A program made the translations under genes and the position numbers. Below are positions 48,272 through 60,800 of a stretch of DNA of 64,000 bases, piece after piece. The stretch covers positions 1 to 64,000 of the forward strand of contig OZ316894.1 in NCBI GenBank assembly GCA_973895155.1, written 5' to 3'. The DNA is from Marsupella aquatica (taxonomy: Eukaryota; Plantae; Marchantiophyta). The notes under the pieces were generated by a model that did no database searches, had not been told where the DNA came from, and worked only from the letters and a program-made list of their open reading frames with translations. Each line of letters starts with the position of its first letter. Position 1 is the first letter of the stretch.

Positions 48272-50737
48272 TGTGAAATCTTTACAAATGAAGGTAGTTC
48301 AGTCAACTTATCCACTTCGCAAACATTCGGAACATCCTTCCTTCCTAAAGATTTCAATGGGGCGCTCGCACTGTGAAAACTCTAATATACTTGGCAAACA
48401 TGTTGGTCTCATAGATTGAAGTGGTTTCAATGATGGCACGGTCAATTGAATAGCGGACGGTGGTCTTAGTGTCTTAGTGCCTTTCCTTTTATGGTGTTTG
48501 AATCCTCTTCCTCCTACAACTTGGAGCAATAGCTTCCCTCGTTCCACTTCCTTTTGTATCCAAACAATGATGACTCTTCTTCTCTTGAATGGAGACTGAG
48601 GGTACAATCCCTCTTGTGATGATATTCGCTTGAATGGAGAGGGTACAATCCTGACACTGTTCATTTTCTTGTCGGCCACCCTTTTGTCCTATATCTCATG
48701 AAGTTGGGTACACCCCACACAACATACAAACCGTTAAAAGTTTCTGACAATTAACCTAGTTGTACTTAGACAATACTTTAATATATAAATCATGACTTGT
48801 TAATCATTAATTATGCTTTATTATCTCTCTTTGCAACACTATTAGGGGGTCACACATTACACACAACTTATAAAAAAGGAGATTGAACTAAAAAAGAACA
48901 AACTATATGACCAAAGGATAGACTCTCAATCTAGGGGATCTTTCCGCAAGCCACCTAATCTAGAATAGTTTTCATTACTTAGATAGTTTGCACTACTATA
49001 TATTATTCACAACTATATTATATCTCAAATATATGTTTCTTGAAGAAGTGTGTTATAATTCCACTCCTCTCAATTAGTTGTTTATTTTAATATATGTACT
49101 AGAAAGCTTAATTTCTACTCAATTAGTAGTTTAATGTATGCTAGTAGAACATTATGGACCATATTAGACTCTCAAAACTCAAGCTAAAAGCCCTTATTTT
49201 CCTGGTCATATATTATGCAGAAGATTGCAAAAATCACATCACTTTGGATGAGGTAATTAATTTCTCCTATATTTTCACTAAAATTTGTAAAATTATCTTA
49301 TCATAACAATCTACGATACCATCAAAATTTTGACCATAAATAATAGCCTTTGACAACTTGAGTTAGAGTTAATATTACATACATTAATTATACTCAAACA
49401 AGGCCTAAAAAATGTAACTAGGGGGCCCACGAACTAATTCCAAATACTCTTTTAGCTCCAATGCACTATCTTTAAAATTTGAAATATTATGGTATCTCCT
49501 CAAAACAACAAGCTGTAAGACTCTAATGCATATACTGAAATCTCTTGTTTAGACTCTATTAGGGCATCAAAGCCCAGCCGTAACTCAGTTATAGCTTAGG
49601 ACATAAATCACTTTTATGGCCTGGAAGTAACTTCTTATGGGGTACCTACAAAGGTGCCCCGCAAGTCTCATACATCATAAAGTTTTATGTCCGTAGGGTG
49701 AAGACCATATGTTTTAAGAGAAGTCGCCCCGGCACTAGTCACTAGTGCAAAGCCTGCCCGGCACAAGTGGCCCCTACGATGATCCCAGTGATGGAATGAG
49801 GGGTGAACTGAGTGTATTTTCCCCACTCACGAATTTGGGCAGCTCCTCTGAAATCCTTGATGAAATCCATCTGGGCATCACACTTAGGTCCACATTCATC
49901 AATATCGTTGTTGTTTGTCCTGAATTCGTAGTCAATGCACTATTGGGGTGAGGAAGAGATTCCCTCCAATCTTATTTAATGATGAGAGCCGCATAGGTGA
50001 CGGTGAGCAAGCTCACCGACATGGCTGCTACGTCGAGCTGTGAATTGTGGTGATGGATGGTTGTCTCCCAAAATTGTTCTACAGGCACTCTCGAGCAAGG
50101 AATTCTTCTAATTGTTTGCTACTTGTTCTTCCATATTACATGAATTTAGTTTTGACAAAGAACAAACAGTTCTGAAACCGAGATTCTACGGGGAATAGAA
50201 ATTGTTTGCTCTTGGATGTCCTTTGCTCATTTTAACAGACTTTCAAACAATGGATTTGATTTTAGACGTATGTTGGTGACAAATCCCCACATGTAACAAT
50301 CTATTGCACATCACATGAAACTAAAATGCTAATCTCTGTGCAAGCGCAATTGAACAACTACTGTTTTTTACTCATCTCTACTTCAATGTTGGTGTCTCTA
50401 TTAGCTTTGAGTGCTTAATTTCAGAGTCTCTCTTAGCTTTGAGTGCAGAATTGTGACTACGCCTGTCGAAATAGTTTCGAGGCGCTCAATTGTCTCAGAA
50501 GTTATTAAATTCCTAGGTTCAACATAGTGGCAAAAGTTACAACGATGCGCCGTCCAAATTTCTGTTGTTCTGATTCTGGCCAACGCTTTCTATTCTGGAT
50601 TTGATTGCCACTACATTTACTTTGTTGCTAAGACCAAAAATCTCTCTTGAAGACTCATTGACAGCCTACGATGGTGATGACACCTGCAACTTTGTCACCA
50701 TCCTTAAGATTCTTTTCTACCCCATAACTAGTTCTTA

Positions 50738-50859
50738 CAGGACGTGTCAAAGTACCTGATCAACTTCTGCCCTTAAAATTCCCGTAACTTTGTTTTACGG
50801 CTATTTGAAAGAGGGACTGACAGTGGACAGGGCTTATGGCTGTGTTTTGACACGCCCTA
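50738..50859. mobile_element. MITE-like element with (T/C)AGG(G/A)CGTGTCAAA termini; related element at 56218-56371
   Basis: CAGGACGTGTCAAA...TTTGACACGCCCTA and TAGGGCGTGTCAAA...TTTAACACTCCCTA. No convincing TSD. Confidence 0.4.
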
Positions 50860-51518
50860 TTGGCACTCTTGTTTGGTACTCTCATCCGAAGAGATCTAGT
50901 ACAAAAGTTTATGGCTTTCTATGTCACTTCCCGATCAAATTTGTTCATTGCTCTGACTTGCATCGTTCAATTTAAACTGTGTATTCAACTTAACTGAACA
51001 TCAGGACATGGAACACATTATTTACAATAATTATGCACAAGCACACAACCAAGAATGTGTGTCCAGACCAACTTATAACACTAAGTTCTCTCAAAGATCA
51101 GCCAAAAATCTTCAAATGAATGTAATTAATCTCCAAAATGTAGTTCAATAGCTCTCCTCTAGACTAACAGGCCCTTTCTTAATCTTGGCCAGTTGGACCT
51201 CTCTCTCTCAGTCTCTCTCTCTCTCTTGGATGAAGCCATTGTCGACAACTTAACTAGAAGGAAGAGATTTTTGTCCACTTATCAGTCATTTGCAAGCCAA
51301 TCTCTTCATCACTAACGATGAAGGTAGGGATTTTCTGATTGCTCAATGAATGAATGAGGGGGTCTCAACCTTCCTTTGACCCTAAATGCATGCTCCCTTC
51401 CTCCTCTTCCACAAACTTTGCTTTCATCTCCCTCATCCATCCGTACTTGCACGACCATGAGAAATTTCACTCCTTGGTGGCATTCACTCATTCGAGGCTT
51501 GACACAGGGTATGGTCCT

Positions 51519-54500
51519 TTAATCCTTTAAATCTTTTGTTTGAAGGTTTCGCCACTTGTCTTTCAGATCAATCTGTGTCAAAGTCAATAAAACATGATAG
51601 ATGAGCATGCAATTTGTCTTGTGTGCAAGGGTAAATACAGTAATACAAAAAGCAGGATATAACCATAGAAGACTTACTTCAGACCGGTCAATGAAGTGTG
51701 CACCCTCGGCAGCAAGAATTCGACTCCACTTGCCTGGTCCAAACCTGAAATTAACCTTGGCTTAGAAAACCTCTTGTTCTTAGAGAAAAACACCAATTAA
51801 TACCAGCTAGGTAAGATATTACGTCAATGCATTTTGATTGATAAGTCATAGGTTCACTACTTGCCTACGGACTGCCTGTTTGAGACAATTTGTTTCCTCT
51901 TTAGACCACCTTTTAGTTGCCCTACGAACACGTATTAGACCATTGGGGCCTTCTTTCATGACTGCCCGGGTGATCAATTTGGAATTTTGTATTCCAATAC
52001 ACCCTTGATGCAGCCTCAACCTCTTAGATGACGGGCTGGACGTATCCTCCTTCCCTGTGCCCTGCAAAGACATCCAATTTGTAATACTCCAGCAAGGATT
52101 GCAAACATTACAAAATACAGTACATCTTCCATACTGTACAAGATAGATGTTGTTGTCACCAATGATTAAAAACAAGAAGTTTCCTACGGACCACCTCACC
52201 TTGGCACTCGAAGTTGCTAGATTGCCCTCCTCTGCTTTGTCTTTGGATTGGAACGGGGTGATTAGGGACCGAGAAGGAGGATTTAGCAAATCTATAATTC
52301 GTTTTCTCCCTAAGTTCTTCCCCATATCACAAATGCCTTTGTAATTCTCACTCTGTGGGGCTGGAAGCTCAACTAATCTCTGTTCTTCCGGATGAATTAG
52401 GTGTTGGACTTCATTTGATGATTGTTGCATTTTGCTAGTAGTAATTCCTCTGTTGAGCATATTAACCTCTGTGCTCACCTCTGTCACAAAAAAAACACCA
52501 CATTAGAGACTTCAATTCTCCATCAACAGCACATACAAAGACCTAGGAGTCTGAAACTACTCTATACACTATCAATCTGAACTAATCAATGCTAGTTCTA
52601 GTGCAATTTTGGTCAAACTGTAAGACTACATATGAGTTGAACTATGACATTGGTGAGCACTACATACCATACACTGGTTGGGAGGATGCCTGCTTTGGCA
52701 ACAATACAGGCGCCATGATCTGCTGGTTGGCCACCTCCAAAGGAGCTCCTTCATTCTCATCTATCAAATTCTCTTTACCTGTTCCAATCTCCACCCGCCT
52801 TTTTCTATAGTGATTCAATTTAGACTGCAAATACAACCATCCAATTAACGGAAATGATATTTCTCCACCACAATATGTATATTCACAATGACTTGCAGCA
52901 AACAACAAATCAGTCCCACCTTTTACCAAATCTGATAGCTAGTGAGAGAAGACAAGGCCCAAACATTGTTAAAACAATGCATCTGTCTCCTAGCCTGTGA
53001 GTGCGGGACAAAACCAATGGAAAAATCCCAAAAATTTTGTGCACCACTCCATCGAGCGGTGCAAATTAAACCAACTATTTAATAAGACATTTAAGAAAAC
53101 AATCCTTTGGAGGAGGAGGGGAAGGGAGAGAATCATGAGCTAAGTTACCCAAGGTTGATCCAAATAAATACCTGAAGCTCAACTCGGACTTCCTCGGCAA
53201 CACTTTCATACTTGTCTTTCAAAGTATCCACATCCCTACGAACTGCGGCCAAGGTGGTCACCATCATTTCATTCCTCTGTAGGAGTAGCTCCAACTTGAC
53301 ACCTATTGTGTTGTTTGCCTCTACTTGCATCCTCAAGTTGGTCAGTATTGTTTCGTTCCTCTCTGTCTGTAACTCCAAGGTGGTTGTCATCTTCTCATTC
53401 CAGTCTCTCTGGCGCTCTTTCTCTATTTTCAACTCACCTACAACCTCCATCAAGCACAGGCATGATGTACAACAAGATCTGACTGTTTTTGAAGCTTCTG
53501 AAATGCTCAAGGGGAATACATTGTTTAGTGTGAATATGTCAGAGTGCTCCAGCAACTCCGTACCAGTTGTTGTCAACTCGATACCAAATTTTGTCTTCAA
53601 TTTTCCCTGTTCTCTATCCTCTGTTCCAGCCGTTGCTTCCGCTTCGCCCAATGTCTTCCCTGATATTTCATGTTCTTTACCCCCCGACAGAGGTTTTGTC
53701 TCTTGAAGACTCAATGTCTTCATGGACGTTGCATGATCTTCATGGATTATCCCAACCTTTGTCACCATCTCATTGTCACAAGCTCGATTGAACAAAGAAC
53801 CATCTTGGTGTCCGTTCACAAAAGAACCATCTTGCTGACCTTGCGGCTCTGCTCCACTAGTTGAGAATAGCCTGAGAAGTCCTCCACTGCTACATGGATC
53901 ACCCTCATGCACACTAGAAACAACAGTTCCTTTGGCATGTCCTGACATTGCATCATCGTCGTTCACAATTTGCAGATGCATTGTGAGATGTTTTTGTCCT
54001 GTGCAGTTCTCCTCCATCCCGTGGTTTTCCACTCCATGATGCTCCACACCCACTTGAGTAGATGTTTTCCAATGGAATACTTGTGGCCTTGGCAAAGACA
54101 CAATTGAAGGGGACTTCTCACTCAACAGAATTTGCAGATGGGATCCAAAATTGTAAGTGCAAGTCATGTTACCTTCGGAGATTTGTTTCCGGGCTCTGCA
54201 GAGGAGGTCGATCAGTCTCCCGCCAAGATATTCTCCCCAATTCTTCCTACTACTTGTTTCTTCAACTTGCTTTATCTGGCACAAAGACACATCGGCCTTG
54301 CTCCCCTTAAAGTGAAGAGCCCCCAATTGAAACTCTAGCCTCTCTCTGATTAGGGAATCTTTGCAATATTGCAATGAGTAAGAACCATTGCTGTTCCTTT
54401 TAATCCCTGCGAATGACCTTGGATTATATCGAACTGCTTTTTGCTCAAATGGCTCCCCTGACCCTTGCAACTTGAATGTCTTCTTGATAGAATCCAAACT

Positions 54501-54632
54501 CAAGTCTATTCTTCCCCCACAAACCCATGTTTCAGATTGTTCACTGTCAAAGTTCCAGATGAAATCTATCATGTCAGACTTAGAATGACTTAGTGTCCCA
54601 ACGAACTCCCAAAACAAAATCTGCAAGCCCAT
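51519..54632 (-). CDS. Spliced TRF-like (telobox) Myb protein with N-terminal retroelement-accessory-like domain and coiled coil
   Basis: Exons 54632-53172, 52824-52668, 52480-52200, 52061-51865 (GC donor), 51744-51678 and 51572-51519 join in frame. They give ...RWSKEETNCLKQAVRRFGPGKWSRILAAEGAHFIDRSEIDLKDKWRNLQ, where LKDKWRNL is the telobox. Confidence 0.8.
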
Positions 54633-54896
54633 TGTGCTGAAGATATTCTGAATGTCGCGCTTGACACAATGTCGTCACCACAAGTGGTGGGATAAAATAG
54701 AATGTTGGCATCGCCATAGGCTTGGAAGACATCGTTGTCCCTTCTTCCCACTAGTAGGCATGTACACCAAACCTCTGGTGGCACACTATCTTGGTTTGAT
54801 ATCAGTTTGATATGTAGACAAATGTCATGCTAGACTGTGGTGACAATGAGAATGGTCGTGCTCCCCAGGTTCTTACAATAGTCTACGAGCCCATTA

Positions 54897-55360
54897 CAAT
54901 AGTGTCAATAACACCAAGTAATTAACATTCATCACCAAGAATGCTAAAATGCATTTGAGTCAGGATATTCGGGTGCTATGGTGATTGGCGTGAATGAAAT
55001 CCGCCACTTCCCCGGGAAAATTCACAATGTCTATGCACACATGAACCCACTGTCCCTACTTGTCAACCTTGGGTTCAACTAGAAAGAATTGTAGGGAACT
55101 AGATCCAGAGGCACATAGACATGTACAGTAATAAATCTGGTGTACAGTGTCAATAACACCAAGTAATTAACATCCATTGCTCAAAATGCTAAAATGCATT
55201 TGAGTCCAGATATCCGGTTACTATGGTGATAGGCACAAATGAAATCCACCACTTCGAGGAAGATCCACAAAGTCTATGCACGCAGGAACCCATGTACTGT
55301 CCCTACCCATCAACCTTGGTTCAACTAAAAACAATTGTAGGGGAACTAGATCTAGAGACA
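54897..55360 (+). repeat. Tandem duplication, ~245-bp period, upstream of the Myb gene
   Basis: AGTGTCAATAACACCAAGTAATTAACAT...AATGCTAAAATGCATTTGAGTC...TTGTAGGG(G)AACTAGATC twice. Confidence 0.8.
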
Positions 55361-56498
55361 CGTAGCTATGTTTTGCAATAAATCTAGTGTGATTCAATCC
55401 GCACAATTATGTTTAACTATTCAATCTGTACAATTATGTTTAACTACAGTATAATATTCACGCTTATTCTATGATCCAAGCCGTCACCAAAGATTTGCTC
55501 TAGAGGGATAATAATGTGGATTCCTATGAATCACCTAACAAGAAGCGGGCACTAACTAAGTACAAGTGTCCCTAATTAAGGCTTCCATGCTTGAATTGGT
55601 CTTAGCCAATAGGAAGCAAGACCAAATTAACAATACTTTTTGTGTCCTCATGAATACATATATTCGAAGCTCTTAATCTACCACCAATGCTCTCTCCCCT
55701 TGCACCAGCCTAGGTACTTACATTCTTGAGGAGACCCATCCAGTGTGTCTAGAATGTTATACACAAGCCCAGGGAGAAGGAATTTTTTGCCCATTCCCTT
55801 TCTTTCAGTACACCTCTGTATGACATAAATTCCCATTGCGACATTTTCCTTTCTAGCATAGAGTGGGAGCCACACAAGGAGCCACGGCTCCACCCTTTCC
55901 CATTCTTTCAGTGTGCCTTTGGTGTAGAGCAGGAGCCAAATATTGGAACTGTGTAATCCTGCACACCTCTAAGCTTGAACTCAGGCAGGCTAATTTCATA
56001 GTGTGTCGGATTGGGATATGACAAAAAGCTAAAATCTCAGCCCACAAGATGCAGGTAATTAAGATTCCTAGTTAGAGAACCCCTCCCTAACCCTAGTACT
56101 TCCGGAATGACATACAAACGGGCATACAAAGGCCCAAAGGAAAATGAATTTTTACCCTTTCCCAATCTTTCAGTTCTTTTAGTGCACCTTTAGCGTAGAG
56201 CAATCCAAAAGGATGAATAGGGCGTGTCAAAGTGTTACAGTCCAAAAAAATAAATCAAAGTGTTATGGGATTTGTATTTTGGTAGCCCATAGTGATTTTG
56301 TCTTGACTGTAATAGTGTTTTATGACCTGAGCAATAATTGAGTTACATCTATGCAGCTTTAACACTCCCTAATGGAATCTTGGAACTATGTAATCATGCA
56401 CCTCAGAGCTTGAACTTAGGTGGGCTAACTTCATGGTATGTACCTTTAGTATAAGGCAAACAAATAAAATTCCAGCAGACAGGATCATCCTAATTCAC

Positions 56499-56930
56499 CA
56501 TGTACAAATATTGAGGCGAGACCAAGGAAAGAACTGTACACTCCTTGGGACAAATCAATAGTAGATTTATGAAGGTGAGTACCTTAACATCAAAATTCCC
56601 CCTTTCTTCCCACCTAGTACATGTAAAATATTCATAAATCTAATGATAAAAATTACAACTTACAACTGCATTTCGGTACTCAGATCTGAAATGGTTCGTG
56701 TACTATTTGACCGGAATTATAATTTTTACTGAATTAGAATTAAAATCTTGAAAAAATTTATGTGGATTTGTTTGCTACAGTGTGGGAAGATCTAAAAAAA
56801 TTGACACCATAAAATTGAAGTTTACACTTTATTGGATTCTTTATTATGAAATATTCTTGAACTTTTTGTTAGAAAAGTTCTTAAACTAAAGTCCTCAAGG
56901 TTTTGAAGGACACTGTTTTTGAATGGCTAT
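56499..56930 (+). pseudogene. Second truncated, decayed 5' fragment of the dioxygenase gene
   Basis: Highly similar to ~9066-9500 (TGTACAAATATTGAGGCGAGACCAAGGAAAGAACTGTACACTCCTTGGGAC...) and homologous to 35620-36160. Confidence 0.8.
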
Positions 56931-56991
56931 CAAAGATGTCACCTTTTGGATGTGGTTACAATTATCCCTATTTTCATTGCTCCCCGTGTGA

Positions 56992-57405
56992 ATGAGGGTA
57001 CTCTTATCTCCTGAGGGTACCCTTGTGCTTGAGGGTACTCTTATCAGTGAGGGTACTCTTATCAGCGAGGGTACTCTTATCAATGGGTACGCTTATCAAT
57101 AATGGTACTTTGATCAATAAGGGTACCCTTATCAATGAGGATACTCTTATCTCCTGAGGGTACCCTTGCGTATGAGGGTACTCTTATCAATGAGGGTACT
57201 CTTATATCAGCAAGAGTACTCTTATCAATGAGGATACTCTTATATCAGCAAGAGTACTCTTATCAATTAATGGGTACACTTATCAACAATGGTACTTTGA
57301 TAATGAGGGTACCCTTATCAGTGAGGGTATTCTTATCTCCTAAGGGTACCCTTGTGTTGGGCCTTGTGCATGAGGGTACTCTTATTAATGAGGGTAATTT
57401 TATTA
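56992..57405. repeat. Second array of quasi-palindromic 18-bp units
   Basis: Same consensus as 9555-9952; contains the perfect palindrome ATAAGGGTACCCTTAT at ~57117-57132. Confidence 0.9.
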
Positions 57406-57853
57406 GTCATAGCAAGCAACAAAGCAGGCAGGGAACCCCATGAAGGCGCCCCGCACCGGCAGAAGGACTCCGAACATACTGAAAAGACCCTAAACCTCAC
57501 TAGACCAACATTTTGGGTATTGCATGGACAAATACTAGCCGAAGTACATGCCTAAATTTACCTGCTCTGTATTAGTTCCCTAAACCAGGGGTGATTTTTT
57601 TCATCAAATCCATACATTGTATCCTAGTTTTTTTCACACATGATGTAAACCTACATAATGTGAAAGTGGGAGAGAAGACTTATGATTTGATACAATCTTC
57701 ATTTAACTATAGTACAATATTCACTAATCATCAGTATATATGGTAAGCTCCAATTCCTCCATATAGTATGTAGACAAAAATTGAAGCAATCGATGAAATA
57801 ATTAACAATTTCATTACACTTGATATTAATTACAGTGCTTCCTTACTTCTTCC

Positions 57854-60800
57854 TCACCAGTACTCAGGATATTTTGTTTTCACAATAGCCGCAGCAAACA
57901 AAACAAAGTTATTCACTACTTTCCCTGTACCTATCTGCATGAACCAAGTAGCAAGTTCTTCATCACTTTTCTCTCGAATTTCCGGAAATTCCTTGAACAA
58001 TTCTGTTTGTATCCAAGAAACCCTCCAGCCTTGCCACACAAAATGTCGAAGACGCTCGCCTGTTCTATCATTGCACTGATCACCATATGGTCCTTTATGA
58101 ATACACATTCCAGTGACAACTACAGTATGTTGAAAGTGACACTTAAAACAAGTCCATGCATTTTGAGGGAATGTGTTCTTGCAGGTCCGGGCCTGGTGAG
58201 ATCCTAGACATCTAAAACACAATGACCGCAATATAGGACAGTTGACAGCATTGTGTACTTCTTGCTCCCTTGATTCAGGACACTGACAAATTAAGCATTG
58301 ACTTCCATCACCCGCAAAAGTTCTGATGATACGAAGATCCCTTTTATCACTCTCAAAAGATTGGCTGTGTGCCATAGCCCTTAGCCTTGCAACCACAGGC
58401 TCTGCTTCATGTACCCCTTGTATAATTGGGGTCATCGGCAAGGTGTTTCCTTGTCGTCTTGGCATGGGAGTGGCTGGGGGTTGCGTAGGAGTTTCATATG
58501 TTGACTCATCCGAACCCCCTCTTCCTGGAATTCCCATTGAAGATGATGCTACCTCATGTGGTGGAATTGAGGCTGTTCTACAAGGAATGTCTTGTGTGAA
58601 CACCTCAAAGTCGACTATGTCCACACCTGGGCTGCACATCACAGATGCTTGGGAACACAAGTCACACAAACTAGAGAATGGAATAAGATGACATACTTGA
58701 GGTTTTCCATCGACCTGGTCATGGAGCCCAAACCGACGACATGATGTCTTGTTCTCTATCCATTTGTGTGAAGCCGCTGTGGTTGAATCAGTGCGTTCGG
58801 CCATCTTGCGATAAGCAAGGTTGGTCACCACATAACTCATCGCCGGGAGCCCATCACGTCCACCTCGTCCAGATTCTTGGTGGAAGTGTTCCAGAGACCT
58901 GAAACTACCACGATGAATGACAAGCTTAACCCATTTATAATTGTATCCACTACTAATCACTCCGGTGGCCACCATGATCTTACAAGCACCTGACGTCCAA
59001 GAACTCAATGAAGCCCTCTTCACCGCTATGTCCAGATGCGCATGCACATACACACATGACATTTCTTTCCCTTGGAGGATTCTTGTAGTTGATTCCACCT
59101 CCTCGCGGGTTAGACAAAATACTAGGGCCCTCTCTTCTGGCAAAGAATATGCTCTCCAATCACGCAGAAGACTCACTATTTCTTGATCCATCATGTTATG
59201 GCCAACCTCAACAACGGCATACCTGATGTTGGGTCTCACAGTAGGACAACGAATCCACACCATCTCTGTAGCTAACATCCGCTCAATATCAACTTGATTC
59301 TTGGGTGCTAGGGATGCAGTTAACCCTATGATTTGGCAATTAATTTCCATGAGGCCAACCAACTTTTTCATTGACGGTCGAAAGTCAGATAACAGGAGGT
59401 GCACCTCGTCGTAGACAATGGAATGCAAGGAACCATTGCATTTCAACTGCTTTGCCAAGATAATGAATAGTTTGGATTCTGCAGCAATCTCCACAGCCAC
59501 AAAAATGATTGAAGGAGGTCTTGCCACTTCGACTGCACCATCCTTATACACAACACAACTAATATTTGCTTGTTTGCATTCCTCTACGTGGCCCTCTACT
59601 AGGATAGTGAGTGGAACGATCACAATCACCGTCCTATTCTGTCCCATGGTGGAAGGTGCCATGAACACCAATGATTTTCCAGACCCAGTGGGTAGTATGG
59701 CAACAAAGTCCACCACATTATCTATGGATAGAGCAACTGCTGTTGCTTGTTCCGACGATTTCCACTGTTGATGACCAAGCCTTCTTAAGGCTTGACAAGC
59801 TCCAGTAGTCCTATTGAGACAAACTTGTAGCAGGGGATCACTTTCTCCACTTGCCAATAATGTCTGATGGATGTTTGAGTGGAAAACTGTAAACCGCCTC
59901 CTTTTGGGAATTTGCCTCACCTCATATTCAACACCTCCAACGGGTCCCAAAAAGTCAAAAGGTGCAGTCGACATTACCTCGGGCCTCTGTGACCCACCGA
60001 GGCCAACCAACTTGTGCCACAATCGTGACACCAATACACACCCTCTTAAAATATGTCCATCCATGCCTCTAGGATCCTTTGTACTACGAGCATAGTGATG
60101 GCCGACCGTAGCTGTTTCATGACCACCTGCTACATCCACAAGGTCTTCTTGTAAATGGGCCTTACAAGCTCGTATATTCTCACTCCAATGTGCTGCCACA
60201 TGCCGGTACTTTGCAATCCCAAATGGAATGCCACAGTGCTTTTGGAAAGCATCTAATACACTGGCAGAAAGGTCTACTCCCGTCAGCCTCTTGTCCATGG
60301 CCACAAACCAACAATCCAGGTACATTGCTGCAACTTCCGGACCCCACAAAATATTCGCCACGAAAGATTGTACTGGGCGAACTAGACATAACAATTTCAC
60401 AAATAGGTGGCTTTGATTGTCAGGAATGAACCGAGCAGTGAAGTTTATAGGTTTCCCAGCATTTGCACATTTGTGGTAGGATTGATAAACCATCAGCGTA
60501 TCAGATAACCAAATGAATGCTCTATCCCCAGTGGCAGTGTTGCGAATCAATAGGCTCGAGTATTCTTCCCCTCTTGCAGGTAATCCAGAACAGAAATGCA
60601 GAAGTAGGTTCAATAGCCTCTGTAGCTTGGAACATGCAACCATCCACCTGTGGAGTGCAGGAATGTTCCAAATAACTCCATTTACATTGTCCACTCGTAG
60701 GATGAAATGTGCCATCATCATAGTATTACTGAACATGTGGTTCAATAGATCCTTTCCATGTTGTTGGAACTCTGGATTTCGGGCGTCTATGAGAAAAGAA

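Noticed and set aside
49733-49750. Palindrome GCACTAGTCACTAGTGC as a CACTA terminus
   Set aside because: No partner TIR, TSD or transposase was found.
22435-57850. KDZ/Plavaka transposase expected next to TET/JBP genes
   Set aside because: No recognisable CxC or KDZ motifs appear in the ORF track; a decayed copy cannot be excluded without searches.
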